IMG/VR virus record: IMGVR_UViG_3300022602_000095
Coordinates: 1 to 62,503 of that record
Direction: 5' to 3' (one strand)
DNA from: a virus
Lineage: Duplodnaviria; Caudoviricetes
DNA: 62,503 nucleotides
This document shows positions 1 to 8,476 of the stretch, in pieces. Every line of letters begins with the position of its first letter. Positions within the stretch are counted from its first letter, which is position 1. The notes under the pieces were generated by a model, which saw nothing but the letters and a program-made list of their open reading frames with translations, had not been told where the DNA came from and did not search any database. Both the position numbers and the translations under genes were made by a program.

Positions 1-23
1 CAAAACAATAATACACTATTCAC

Positions 24-248
24 ATGACAGTCAGTGAATTAATACAAAAATTACAAGCATTTGATCCTAATTTAGAGGTATATTGTAGCGGATATGAAGG
101 GGGTTATGATACCCCACAAGAGCCTTTCCAATCTCCTATGAAATTGAATGTACATAGTAAAGAGTTTTGGTACTATGGATTACACGAACTTCATAAAGTA
201 TCTGACACCGTACAACCTGATGCTGAAGCTGTAATCATTCCTAGGTAA
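24..248 (+). CDS. small early hypothetical protein
   Basis: ORF with TACACT -10-like box 6 nt before ATG; MTVSELIQKLQAFDP start is typical of small phage proteins. Confidence 0.7.
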   Translation: MTVSELIQKLQAFDPNLEVYCSGYEGGYDTPQEPFQSPMKLNVHSKEFWYYGLHELHKVSDTVQPDAEAVIIPR

Positions 249-249
249 T

Positions 250-480
250 ATGCTGCAATATATCTTTTGGTCTTCGGTTCTAGGTGGTGATGATAAACCT
301 GTTGTTCATCACGGTCATATCACTACCTCACCTCCTGTAGATCAAAGTAGTTGTATGCTTCTTTGTTTGATCTTCTTTGTTGTTATTCCTTTTTTAGTTA
401 TTGGTGTTCCTATTATAGCAATCTGGTGGGATATAAAGAAGCATCCTAATAAGCTTGTAAAGAGGGTAATAAAGAAATAA
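250..480 (+). CDS. small membrane protein
   Basis: Hydrophobic stretch LLCLIFFVVIPFLVIGVPIIAIWW then basic tail; TAATATG coupling to the previous gene. Confidence 0.65.
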   Translation: MLQYIFWSSVLGGDDKPVVHHGHITTSPPVDQSSCMLLCLIFFVVIPFLVIGVPIIAIWWDIKKHPNKLVKRVIKK

Positions 481-488
481 ATACTAAT

Positions 489-779
489 ATGATTGGCTTT
501 GATTTCCTTTTAGGCTGGATCATGTTTAACGTATGTTTAGTAGATCTTTTAGATCTTAGATACAACAAAGAACGTTATCTATATATCTTACCAACAATCT
601 GTATTTCATGGATTGGTAAAGGAAAGTCAACAATCTTTAGTTTAATCATCTCTTGGTTAAATCTTGAACTCAGTATCATAGCTGTTAACTTTGATTACTA
701 TTGCGATAAGCTTGAAGAGATAATTGAGTCTATGGATCTTCCTCCAGAAGCAAAAAAAGAAGAAGAAGATAAAGAATAA
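489..779 (+). CDS. hypothetical membrane-associated protein
   Basis: ORF with hydrophobic segments and an acidic C-terminus. Confidence 0.6.
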   Translation: MIGFDFLLGWIMFNVCLVDLLDLRYNKERYLYILPTICISWIGKGKSTIFSLIISWLNLELSIIAVNFDYYCDKLEEIIESMDLPPEAKKEEEDKE

Positions 780-855
780 TCTTGCCGGTCCCTACTATTC
801 TGTATATACTGAAAGAGTAAAATAAATCAACAACCCCAACCCCATAACGTTACCT

Positions 856-1029
856 ATGTCAACACAATCTATAATCGTCGCCGTTGTATCAGCCTTTAAC
901 ATCCTATTCTGTGTCTATGAAATGGGCAGAATGTCCGCTGGAGCTCCTATGTCTCTCTTCTCTGCAATTATAATTGCTATCATCTCAGTATTCACTCTAG
1001 CAGATGCCTTTAAGACACCTTCGAAGTAA
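856..1029 (+). CDS. 57-aa two-helix membrane peptide (not in ORF track)
   Basis: Hand-translated MSTQSIIVAVVSAFNILFCVYE...LFSAIIIAIISVFTLADAFKTPSK; follows the promoter at 782. Confidence 0.6.
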   Translation: MSTQSIIVAVVSAFNILFCVYEMGRMSAGAPMSLFSAIIIAIISVFTLADAFKTPSK

Positions 1030-1030
1030 T

Positions 1031-1288
1031 ATGAACCCTCTTGATAAAACGTTTGTAACTCGTGGTGAGTTTAAGCGAGCTCTTCGTCTTAAAGTATTCA
1101 AAGAGCTTCATATTGATTACAATGATCTACCTGATATTATCTGTATTGATGATCATTATTACGAAGGTATGGATGAGCGAGACGCTGTAATTGCTCTTGA
1201 GGGTATCATTGAAGATATCCAAGATGAACTAAACTATAAGCCTATTCATACAGTTAATGCTCCAACCTATACTTCAATCGATGAATAA
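1031..1288 (+). CDS. early hypothetical protein
   Basis: Start moved to ATG 1031 (TAATATG junction with the 856-1029 ORF). Confidence 0.65.
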   Translation: MNPLDKTFVTRGEFKRALRLKVFKELHIDYNDLPDIICIDDHYYEGMDERDAVIALEGIIEDIQDELNYKPIHTVNAPTYTSIDE

Positions 1289-1472
1289 AACTCCATTTGA
1301 TATTATTAAAGAATTCTACTCGAAAGACGCTTCGTTTCAAGCTAGAACTATAAAGTATGTGAAGGCGCAATTAAAGAAGCTTGGTTATGCTCGACCTAAC
1401 TCCGATCTTATTGATCGAACTATCGTAGAACTCTATTCGACTTGGTCAAAGAATAAGCTTGTGGTTTCCTAA
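1281..1472 (+). CDS. early hypothetical protein
   Basis: ATG 1281 overlaps the end of the previous gene. Confidence 0.6.
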   Translation: MNKTPFDIIKEFYSKDASFQARTIKYVKAQLKKLGYARPNSDLIDRTIVELYSTWSKNKLVVS

Positions 1473-1493
1473 TCCTGGTGCCATAATAAGAGT

Positions 1494-1715
1494 ATGAAAA
1501 ATAAATTCACTGCAAAAGAAATCAATAACTACAAGAGCTACGAAATCGTTCGTAAGTCCGGAGCCTATAATATGTTCTCTTCCCAGGCTCGTCTCTCTAC
1601 AGGCCTTACTAAAGAAGAGTACATTTTTGTAATGGAGAACTATGGAGAGCTGAAGGATGCCGCTGGAGCATTTGACGCCGATAGCTATCTTCTAAAGCAA
1701 ACCGATCATAGCTAA
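1494..1715 (+). CDS. DUF5049-like early protein
   Basis: VRKSGAYNMFS resembles the R.SG..NMF motif; leaderless MKNK start. Confidence 0.6.
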   Translation: MKNKFTAKEINNYKSYEIVRKSGAYNMFSSQARLSTGLTKEEYIFVMENYGELKDAAGAFDADSYLLKQTDHS

Positions 1716-1780
1716 AATGACTGTTGTTTATATATTATTAGCAATCGCTTTGATTTATTATATAAATCGTACAAAGTAAT

Positions 1781-1969
1781 ATGACATACCAAGACTTTAT
1801 AGATAAGATTCATCTTATCGGATGCTACAACGATCCCGTTAAACTTATGTCAATGCACACCAATGATGTGTTCAAGATTACAACCTGGCACGAAGCCAAA
1901 GAAGATGTTCCATACGAGAGTATTGAGAAAGGTCAGCTCATCTTTGATATCGAACTAAACAATTACTAA
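1781..1969 (+). CDS. early hypothetical protein
   Basis: ORF track; TAATATG junction. Confidence 0.6.
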   Translation: MTYQDFIDKIHLIGCYNDPVKLMSMHTNDVFKITTWHEAKEDVPYESIEKGQLIFDIELNNY

Positions 1970-1970
1970 T

Positions 1971-2180
1971 ATGGAAACAAAAGGTATAGCACTTTATATT
2001 AAATTCAACGGTCGTGGATGGTGTGTATGGCACGCTCCAGATGACGAACTCATCGCTATCCCCGAAGATGAGAAAGCCTTTACAGAGAATGATATGATCG
2101 ATCTACGAACTTATCTTTACAACGAAGGTTTCTTCGCTGACTTCTTTAAGAAGAAGTTAGATTTTCTCGACAACCTTTAA
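1971..2180 (+). CDS. early hypothetical protein
   Basis: ORF track; TAATATG junction. Confidence 0.65.
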   Translation: METKGIALYIKFNGRGWCVWHAPDDELIAIPEDEKAFTENDMIDLRTYLYNEGFFADFFKKKLDFLDNL

Positions 2181-2247
2181 TTTTATAGCAGTTCAACAGT
2201 AGAGTGTAGAGAGATTCTACACCCCGCCTTTTTTATTGCGGCATTTA

Positions 2248-2895
2248 TCAGTTGAACTGTTTCTCTTTTATATCACTACCGTCTATGGGTCTCGATAAAT
2301 TATCTACAGCCCAAAGAGGGCGCAGATTAGAGTAATGAAAGCATTCCTTTTGTTGTACAGGATCGGTTAAATCAAAAGTATTACAAGGTTTGATATGATC
2401 GACATGCCATCCTTTGTGAGAGTAATTTTCCCAGGACATTCCTGGAAGCCATAATGATTCGAGATGTTTTTTAAGCTCATTGAGTGTGCAACCTAAAAGA
2501 GTTAAAGTTGTTTGATTTTTAATTGCTTTTTGAGATTTTAATGCAGTGCTAACTCTCGATCTCTGTGTTTTTACTAATTTATATTGAAGATTGTTTTCAA
2601 ATCTAATTCGCTCACATGTATGTGCCTTTTCCTTGTTATTGCTATACCATTTTTTTGCATTAGCAATACATTTACTTTTATTTTTCTTCTGATATGATCG
2701 TACAGTTGTCAAGTGTTTCTCTTTATTTTCGCTATAGTATTGTCGTGTATCTGCTAGGCATTTATCACGATTTTTGTAATAATAATCAAGTGTAGCTTTA
2801 CTTCTCTTCTCTCTATTACGTTGATAGCTTAAACGATTAGCTAAACGTCTTTTCTCAATTTTAGAGAGTTCTTGTGTGGTATTATTTGTGTTCAT
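2248..2895 (-). CDS. HNH (endonuclease VII-like) homing endonuclease, paralogue A
   Basis: Helical YY..NK repeats then LLGC..EL..HLE..W.PGMSWENY..GWHVDHIKPC..FDL..CFHYSNL.PLW; start set at MNTNN (2895) by alignment with paralogue B and the upstream TATAAGTA late-type box. Confidence 0.8.
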   Translation of the reverse strand: MNTNNTTQELSKIEKRRLANRLSYQRNREKRSKATLDYYYKNRDKCLADTRQYYSENKEKHLTTVRSYQKKNKSKCIANAKKWYSNNKEKAHTCERIRFENNLQYKLVKTQRSRVSTALKSQKAIKNQTTLTLLGCTLNELKKHLESLWLPGMSWENYSHKGWHVDHIKPCNTFDLTDPVQQKECFHYSNLRPLWAVDNLSRPIDGSDIKEKQFN

Positions 2896-2910
2896 AGTAT
2901 ATATACTTAT

Positions 2911-2990
2911 ATCCCTAGGTGCGCTTTTGCATACAATCTGCAAAGGTATTTGTGTTCATAGTAAAACCAATGCACCTAGGGATTTTCTTA
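2911..2990 (+). ncRNA. putative structured RNA A: 12-bp outer stem, inner hairpin, 19-nt copy of the HNH start region, T-rich tail
   Basis: ATCCCTAGGTGC 2911-2922 pairs with 2972-2983; TTTGCA-TACAATC-TGCAAA 2926-2944; 2947-2963 is identical to 2883-2899. Confidence 0.55.
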
Positions 2991-3025
2991 TTGCAATTTC
3001 CTTCAGATTTCATCATAATGTATGC

Positions 3026-3241
3026 ATGAAGAATAAGAAAGAACCAATCAATGGAGCAATTATCGAAGCTGTCGACGTCCGCTCTGGAGTCCATCAGTAT
3101 GACCCACAGAACAAGACAGTTGTTGAGATCTCTTTCAAGGGATACAACAGCAATTACATTCAGGTAGTTGATATGAATACAGCACGCTCGTTGATGAACC
3201 AACTCAAAGAGATTCTTCCTCCTAACTATGTCAACCTTTAA
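3026..3241 (+). CDS. early hypothetical protein
   Basis: Start moved to MKNKKEP, 6 nt after the CATAAT of the promoter at 2991. Confidence 0.7.
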   Translation: MKNKKEPINGAIIEAVDVRSGVHQYDPQNKTVVEISFKGYNSNYIQVVDMNTARSLMNQLKEILPPNYVNL

Positions 3242-3500
3242 GAGAAAGTATTGGTATCCTATCTCAGTTGATATCGAGATAGGATTAACAAAGCTTCGTC
3301 GATTTGTTGATAAACTTTATCTGAAAGTCTGGCGATTTATTCTAGCATTCTGGATTGTTCTCTGTCTATCCTGGGGCTATCTAATGTTCATGCGTGACTA
3401 TAATCTTCTATCAAATCACGCAGATCTTGATGCTCCTTTCCAACCCTATTATACTAACTGGAACACCTATGGAGCCCCAGGTCAAGATCCTCCAAAATAA
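3228..3500 (+). CDS. small membrane protein
   Basis: One TM segment FILAFWIVLCLSWGYLMFM. Confidence 0.6.
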   Translation: MSTFKRKYWYPISVDIEIGLTKLRRFVDKLYLKVWRFILAFWIVLCLSWGYLMFMRDYNLLSNHADLDAPFQPYYTNWNTYGAPGQDPPK

Positions 3501-3538
3501 AGCTTGTAACTTCCTTTCAATCTAGCCATAATAAGAGT

Positions 3539-3892
3539 ATGAAAAATAAAGCAACTGCAATAAACAACAACGTAAATAAGAAAGCAATCCTAGAGTATAT
3601 GACTTGGTCATCTCCCTTGAACCAAGCTTTTATTATAGAAGCTCTAGGAAGAGATAACATTGAGTTTACTTATGAAGGCAAGGAGACTAATATCACAAAA
3701 GTGAAGCAAGCTATTAAACTCTTCGGTGCTGATCGAATTATGAATGCCCTTAAGTCCTATGCTTCGGAAGTTTGGAATGAAAAAGAGCTGCTTAAAAAGC
3801 AAATGAAAGGTTGTTTTATTAGTGCTGATGCCTGGATTCAGTGTGCTAATGAGGCTCTAAGACTTACAAGTTCGGAGAGGGTTTGGAGTTAA
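3539..3892 (+). CDS. early hypothetical protein
   Basis: Leaderless MKNK start after the promoter at 3504. Confidence 0.75.
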   Translation: MKNKATAINNNVNKKAILEYMTWSSPLNQAFIIEALGRDNIEFTYEGKETNITKVKQAIKLFGADRIMNALKSYASEVWNEKELLKKQMKGCFISADAWIQCANEALRLTSSERVWS

Positions 3893-3904
3893 TTTTTTTA
3901 CAAA

Positions 3905-4117
3905 ATGATCAATCTACAAACTTACGTTGATAAAGTCTGGGCGAGCTCCGATCGAGGTGAGAAGATTAAACACCTGACAGAGATGGTAAACGCATCTACT
4001 GCTAAAAAACTCACAAAGATTAAAACCCTTCGCGACATGACTCGTATGAGTAGTACTCAATTGGATTTCCTAGCAAGTAATTATTCAATGTCTGGAATTG
4101 GAATGAAAGTTATTTAA
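3905..4117 (+). CDS. early hypothetical protein
   Basis: ORF track. Confidence 0.65.
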   Translation: MINLQTYVDKVWASSDRGEKIKHLTEMVNASTAKKLTKIKTLRDMTRMSSTQLDFLASNYSMSGIGMKVI

Positions 4118-4134
4118 TATGATTAAGTACTTAG

Positions 4135-4311
4135 GTGAAGGAACAGCCTAAGTTAGAACAACTTGTAGAGATTTTAACCGTACAAGGAAAAGAACCGCGT
4201 AGTATTATTAGCATCCTTTGTTCTATAATTAAGCAGCAAATGATGTACGGTGGTACTTTAGAAGATAAGATTAACTTTCACATTGAAGAAGCCAAAAAAA
4301 GAAGCTTGTAA
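4135..4311 (+). CDS. 58-aa hypothetical protein (GTG start)
   Basis: Hand-translated ORF filling the gap; preceded by a TAAGTA late-like box. Confidence 0.5.
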   Translation: MKEQPKLEQLVEILTVQGKEPRSIISILCSIIKQQMMYGGTLEDKINFHIEEAKKRSL

Positions 4312-4314
4312 TTC

Positions 4315-5085
4315 TTAATATCTCTTCCCATTGTAAAACGATCCTTTTGAACAATTATCTTTACTCCAAAGCGGTTGAAGATTTGTGTAGTGAAAACATT
4401 GTTTTTGCTGTTCCTTATCGGTTAAATCAAACGAAACACAAGGTTTAATGTGATCAATATGCCATCCGTGTGACGTGTAATTATCCCAAGACATTCCTGG
4501 TAGCCAATGTTTTTCAAGATGTGTTCTCAACTCATTCAATGAACAACCAAGTAATGTCTCTATTCGTTTTGAGTGTGTATTGTTCGCTCTTTTAAGAGCC
4601 CCTCTAATTCTAGATCTACACTTTACAGATAGCTTGAATTGTATATCATTATGGTATCGATCAGTAAACCATGTATTGATCTTTTCTCTATTCTTTGTAC
4701 TCCATTCTTTAGCACGAACAATACACTGCTCTTTATTTCTTTGATAATAATCTCTGCTCTGTTGTGATTTTATATCTTTGTTTTCTTGATATAAATTCTT
4801 ACTTTTCTGCAATACAATATTTTTATTTTTTTGATAGTATTTTTTACATTTAATAGACAGTACATCTTTATTTTCTTGATAACGTATCTTGTGTTGTTGC
4901 AATATAGTATCTTTATTTTTGGTGTAGTATTGTTGTGTAGTTAATATACATCTCTCTTTATTATTCTCGTAGTAATTACGAGCTGCTCTTTTTCTCTTTT
5001 CTTTATTACGTTGATAGCTTAAACGATTAGCTAATCTTCTTTTCTCAATTTGAGATAGTTCTTGTGTAGTATTATCGTCCTTCAT
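4315..5085 (-). CDS. HNH (endonuclease VII-like) homing endonuclease, paralogue B
   Basis: Same architecture as 2248-2895 (GWHIDHIKPC...CFHYTNLQPLWSKDNCSKG); 31 identical nt at 5004-5034 vs 2814-2844; ATAAATA late box upstream. Confidence 0.8.
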   Translation of the reverse strand: MKDDNTTQELSQIEKRRLANRLSYQRNKEKRKRAARNYYENNKERCILTTQQYYTKNKDTILQQHKIRYQENKDVLSIKCKKYYQKNKNIVLQKSKNLYQENKDIKSQQSRDYYQRNKEQCIVRAKEWSTKNREKINTWFTDRYHNDIQFKLSVKCRSRIRGALKRANNTHSKRIETLLGCSLNELRTHLEKHWLPGMSWDNYTSHGWHIDHIKPCVSFDLTDKEQQKQCFHYTNLQPLWSKDNCSKGSFYNGKRY

Positions 5086-5100
5086 GCATAATTATTTATG

Positions 5101-5180
5101 TCTCCGAACGCTCTTTCCGTATACATTCTACGGATTGTGTAGTCCTTCATGCAGAAGATTCAGCGTTCGGAGATTTTTTT
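5101..5180 (+). ncRNA. putative structured RNA B: 12-bp outer stem, inner hairpin, 19-nt copy of the HNH start region, T7 tail
   Basis: TCTCCGAACGCT 5101-5112 pairs with 5162-5173; TCCGTA-TACATTC-TACGGA 5116-5134; 5142-5153 = 5077-5088 and 5135-5143 = 5062-5070. Confidence 0.55.
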
Positions 5181-5216
5181 ATTGCCGATTCATAATTTTT
5201 CCACCATAATGGTGTT

Positions 5217-5405
5217 ATGAAAAATAAAAACGAAGAATACATCGGTTGGATAGCTGATTACCTCCAGGACCTAGAATACAAGTACTCGGAGAGATCAATG
5301 GATCGAGAAAAGTTCCTGTTAGTTAATGAGATCTTGGAGACAATTCAGGAGAAGTATAGTGAGATGGTTCTAGGTATTCCTTCCGACCACGAAGAAGAAG
5401 CTTGA
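5217..5405 (+). CDS. early hypothetical protein
   Basis: Leaderless MKNK start. Confidence 0.7.
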   Translation: MKNKNEEYIGWIADYLQDLEYKYSERSMDREKFLLVNEILETIQEKYSEMVLGIPSDHEEEA

Positions 5406-5436
5406 AATTCCTTTTGAATTCCTTTATACTAATAGT

Positions 5437-5664
5437 ATGAAAAATAAAGAAAGAAAGACGTTCGAAGAAGTAATGACAGAGTATAAGACCCTCGGGGATA
5501 TGTTCCAGAGGATGGTTAGGAAGACTGCCTCATTGGAGTTAAAGGAATGGGGTGTAGAAGAGATAGGGTCATCGGATATTAACCATCAGATTGTTTCCCT
5601 CTATAACTCATATGGCGGGTTTGACGAGATTGTCCGTCATGGTTTGGATCTAGTTCGGAGTTAA
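5437..5664 (+). CDS. early hypothetical protein
   Basis: Leaderless MKNK start. Confidence 0.7.
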   Translation: MKNKERKTFEEVMTEYKTLGDMFQRMVRKTASLELKEWGVEEIGSSDINHQIVSLYNSYGGFDEIVRHGLDLVRS

Positions 5665-5671
5665 TATAACA

Positions 5672-5884
5672 ATGGAATACAAACTCATTCAATATAGAGA
5701 TAAGGATCTAAAGAAGTTCAATGATGATATCAATAAGCTTCTGAAGGATGGATGGACCTTACATGAAGATCTACGGATTATTACTATAGAACAAACCGAT
5801 GAAAAGGATGGTTATGTAGTTAATAGTCAGCAGCTACAGAAGGAAGAGGATAAACCCCAGCTTGGGTTTAATGTAAAGAAATAA
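5672..5884 (+). CDS. DUF1737-like small protein
   Basis: YKLI...FN..IN.LLKDGWTLH pattern. Confidence 0.5.
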   Translation: MEYKLIQYRDKDLKKFNDDINKLLKDGWTLHEDLRIITIEQTDEKDGYVVNSQQLQKEEDKPQLGFNVKK

Positions 5885-5924
5885 GAAGCTTGAAATTCCT
5901 TTTTGATTACTGTATTATACTAAT

Positions 5925-6191
5925 ATGAAAAAAGCTAAGATTGAGGATGTACTCAATACAATCTCCGAACTTAGTAGGAGGAGGGAAGAGAGAGATAATC
6001 CTTACCGTAAAGTAAACGAACTTCAATCTATTATAGGAAGTACAATCAATGGCGTATATCCTAGCCTTCAGGAAGCCATTAACATTAGATACAAGAAGAT
6101 TAAAGAAGAAGTTGATGGACTAAAACCTATTCGTAAACCTTTTAGTAGCGGGATGGAGGATGAGATGCTCGTAAGAGAGTATGATTGGTAA
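5925..6191 (+). CDS. early hypothetical protein
   Basis: Leaderless start after the promoter at 5890. Confidence 0.7.
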   Translation: MKKAKIEDVLNTISELSRRREERDNPYRKVNELQSIIGSTINGVYPSLQEAINIRYKKIKEEVDGLKPIRKPFSSGMEDEMLVREYDW

Positions 6192-6236
6192 TAGTAAAGC
6201 TTGAAATTCCTAATTAAATTCCAATAGAATAATAGT

Positions 6237-6437
6237 ATGAAAATTGAACTAGAGATCTCAAACGACGAGGTAAAAACAATCATCGAAGCATGTAAGGATC
6301 AAGGGATTGATGTTACTGTAGATGACGTGAAGGAACAGTTAGAGGAATGGTTTCATGCTACAGTAGAGGACTATAATGAACCGAGGATGGATGACATCAT
6401 TAGCTCCCTAATTGATCTAGCTGACAATCCTTCCTAA
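6237..6437 (+). CDS. acidic early hypothetical protein
   Basis: Leaderless start after the promoter at 6201. Confidence 0.7.
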   Translation: MKIELEISNDEVKTIIEACKDQGIDVTVDDVKEQLEEWFHATVEDYNEPRMDDIISSLIDLADNPS

Positions 6438-6605
6438 ATGAATTACGACGTTACCGTCTATGATCTAGAAGGAAATGAAGTAAAGAAGTTCTATAACTTC
6501 AATGATATAGACGCCACAAACATGTATAGTTACTACGTTACTAACGATGACTATGTAGTAAAAGTAAAAGAGACAGAGTTATTCTATAGTCAAAAAGACA
6601 GATAA
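6438..6605 (+). CDS. 55-aa hypothetical protein
   Basis: Hand-translated; TAAATG abutting the previous stop. Confidence 0.55.
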   Translation: MNYDVTVYDLEGNEVKKFYNFNDIDATNMYSYYVTNDDYVVKVKETELFYSQKDR

Positions 6606-7007
6606 AATAAGGAAAAAGAGTTAGTTTTAAGTAAAAAAATAAGAAAAGACTAAGAAAGTTAGTCTAGACTAACATTTATAGTATAAGACAACATAGTATC
6701 TTACGTAGAAGTACGAATAACTATTAGCCCTGATTAACTATTAAAAGCGCACGGATTCTACAGCCCCGTTGAGGGAGAAACTGAAGCACCTATACTAAAC
6801 AGACGTAGATAATAGAGAAAGAAATATAGAAATTCTATTGTTTCTCCGGAGAGAGTGAGTTCTAGTAAGTCCTGCGAGTATTAAGAGTAGTCCCTCCCCA
6901 CTCCCGGAAGCTCCAGCAGAAACTTTCCCGCGACCAAACTGCATCATCTACGGCAAAAACGGTTTTATTGTATTGCCGGTTCCTAGAAAAGCCCATATAC
7001 TGATCAT

Positions 7008-7217
7008 ATGAAGAATAAGAACTACTACGATCACTTCTGTGATTCTATCCTATCCCTAGACCCGAAGACCCGGTACGTTCTGCTTAAGGCAGCCTCTGCC
7101 GTTGTCCCGGACAATAACGCACTCTCCTATCTATGGAGTGCTTACCAGGACCTAGACAACTCACTTGGTATCTTTATTAGTGCTTTGTTAGATGAATCTA
7201 AACTCGCAATTGACTAA
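7008..7217 (+). CDS. early hypothetical protein
   Basis: Leaderless MKNK start. Confidence 0.7.
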   Translation: MKNKNYYDHFCDSILSLDPKTRYVLLKAASAVVPDNNALSYLWSAYQDLDNSLGIFISALLDESKLAID

Positions 7218-7454
7218 TACTGACATGAATGTAATATTAAAGATGTTTGGATATGAAGTCCGTAAACCTTCACTTCTTTTATTTTCGATGTTAGATTTTA
7301 CTAACGAAACTTACTTTCAAACAGTTCAGAGACATGGTCGAATCTCAGACTATTTAATTAAACACTAGTATGCAGGTACTTCTGGGAATCTACAAGCTGG
7401 AAATAAGAAAAGATTCCCATTGAAGTTCCTTTAAGATTCCCTCATACTCAGAGT

Positions 7455-7586
7455 ATGAAAATCAAGACATTCAGAATCGAGCTGAAGGAACCTCCGAAGG
7501 TACGCCAACCCTGGGCACCAGTAACTAGGAAGTTCAAGGACAGAACCAAATACAATCGTCGGGACTTTAAGCTTGTACATTCCTGA
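7455..7586 (+). CDS. 43-aa basic early peptide
   Basis: MKIKTFRIELKEPPKVRQPWAPVTRKFKDRTKYNRR..., 6 nt after the CATACT of promoter 7420. Confidence 0.6.
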   Translation: MKIKTFRIELKEPPKVRQPWAPVTRKFKDRTKYNRRDFKLVHS

Positions 7587-7607
7587 TCTTTGAGCCATAA
7601 TAATAGT

Positions 7608-7868
7608 ATGAAAAATAAAAACACACTGACACCCGAAGCCATCATCGCCATCGCCGGAGCCTACGACGATATCGTAGGTAAGATTTACGACGCTCTTAAC
7701 GAGCTGAAAGAGCTGATGGAGACACCCCAGTATAAAGAGGCTGTTAACATCATCGATACCGAAGATGAGGTATATGAAGAGGCAGCAGTAGCTGTTGAAG
7801 ACGCTTGTATGAGCGGTGAGTTTAGTTGCTTTATCCAAGACCTGGCTGAAGGATGGGCCAGGGAATAA
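7608..7868 (+). CDS. acidic early protein
   Basis: Start moved to MKNKNTL after promoter 7573; very Glu/Asp-rich. Confidence 0.7.
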   Translation: MKNKNTLTPEAIIAIAGAYDDIVGKIYDALNELKELMETPQYKEAVNIIDTEDEVYEEAAVAVEDACMSGEFSCFIQDLAEGWARE

Positions 7869-7870
7869 GG

Positions 7871-7919
7871 CTTGAAGTTCCAATCAAATTCCCTTATACT
7901 GAACGTATGAAAAATAAGA
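7871..7919 (+). repeat. 49-nt direct repeat copy 1 (promoter plus start codon)
   Basis: CTTGAAGTTCCAATCAAATTCCCTTATACTGA[A/T]CGTATGAAAAATAAGA; one mismatch to 8516-8564. Confidence 0.9.
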
Positions 7920-8008
7920 TCAACAATCCAATCAACCTCTGGGTTCTAGCAGCTACCTCGATCATCGTAGTCATTAATATCATCGCGTTCGCAACAATGC
8001 CCCGATAA
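7907..8008 (+). CDS. 33-aa single-TM early peptide
   Basis: MKNKINNPINLWVLAATSIIVVINIIAFATMPR after promoter 7872. Confidence 0.6.
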   Translation: MKNKINNPINLWVLAATSIIVVINIIAFATMPR

Positions 8009-8099
8009 AAAAGCTTGATCGTTCCTTTAAAAGAAGACATAATAAAAGAGTAGAATAAGTCAAACAACAACAACAAAAACAAACAACAACAAAACACAT

Positions 8100-8456
8100 A
8101 TGAAAAATAACAACGCAACTCCGATCGAAGTCATTGACTATCTCTGCGCATACTATGATCAATTTGGCAACTTGCCTGTTCCAGTCATTGAATGCCAGAT
8201 CTCCGGAACGGCCTATACGGCATTCGGAACTAATCTTAAAAACAAGATCGATCGCGCTGGCGGTATTAAGGAGCTTCTTACAACCTTTCAGGGACGTGGA
8301 GTAGCCAAAAAGGAGAAGAAAGCCGAAGTTAAGGCGACGGAGACTGAGAACGTTTCCGCTACGATTACTAAGCGTTCACGTCCTAGCCGTTCGAAGGCTG
8401 CCATTGCAGCTCGTATGGCTGAAAAGGCTACGGCTGAGGTTCAGATTGCAGAGTAG
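8100..8456 (+). CDS. early protein with Lys/Ala/Arg-rich C-terminus (possible nucleic-acid binding)
   Basis: ORF preceded by a CAA-rich leader and followed by a strong hairpin. Confidence 0.7.
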   Translation: MKNNNATPIEVIDYLCAYYDQFGNLPVPVIECQISGTAYTAFGTNLKNKIDRAGGIKELLTTFQGRGVAKKEKKAEVKATETENVSATITKRSRPSRSKAAIAARMAEKATAEVQIAE

Positions 8457-8476
8457 TTTCTGAGACGTAAGCGTAA

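Noticed and set aside
2876-3025. N-terminal extensions of ORFs 2876..3241 (+) and 2248..2943 (-), and ORF 2915..3202 (-)
   Set aside because: They run across the structured element and promoter; promoter spacing and paralogue alignment give starts at 3026 and 2895
7431-8162. Minus-strand ORFs 7431..7883, 7448..7651, 7894..8118 and 7980..8162
   Set aside because: Antisense shadows of promoter-supported + strand genes and of the CAA leader
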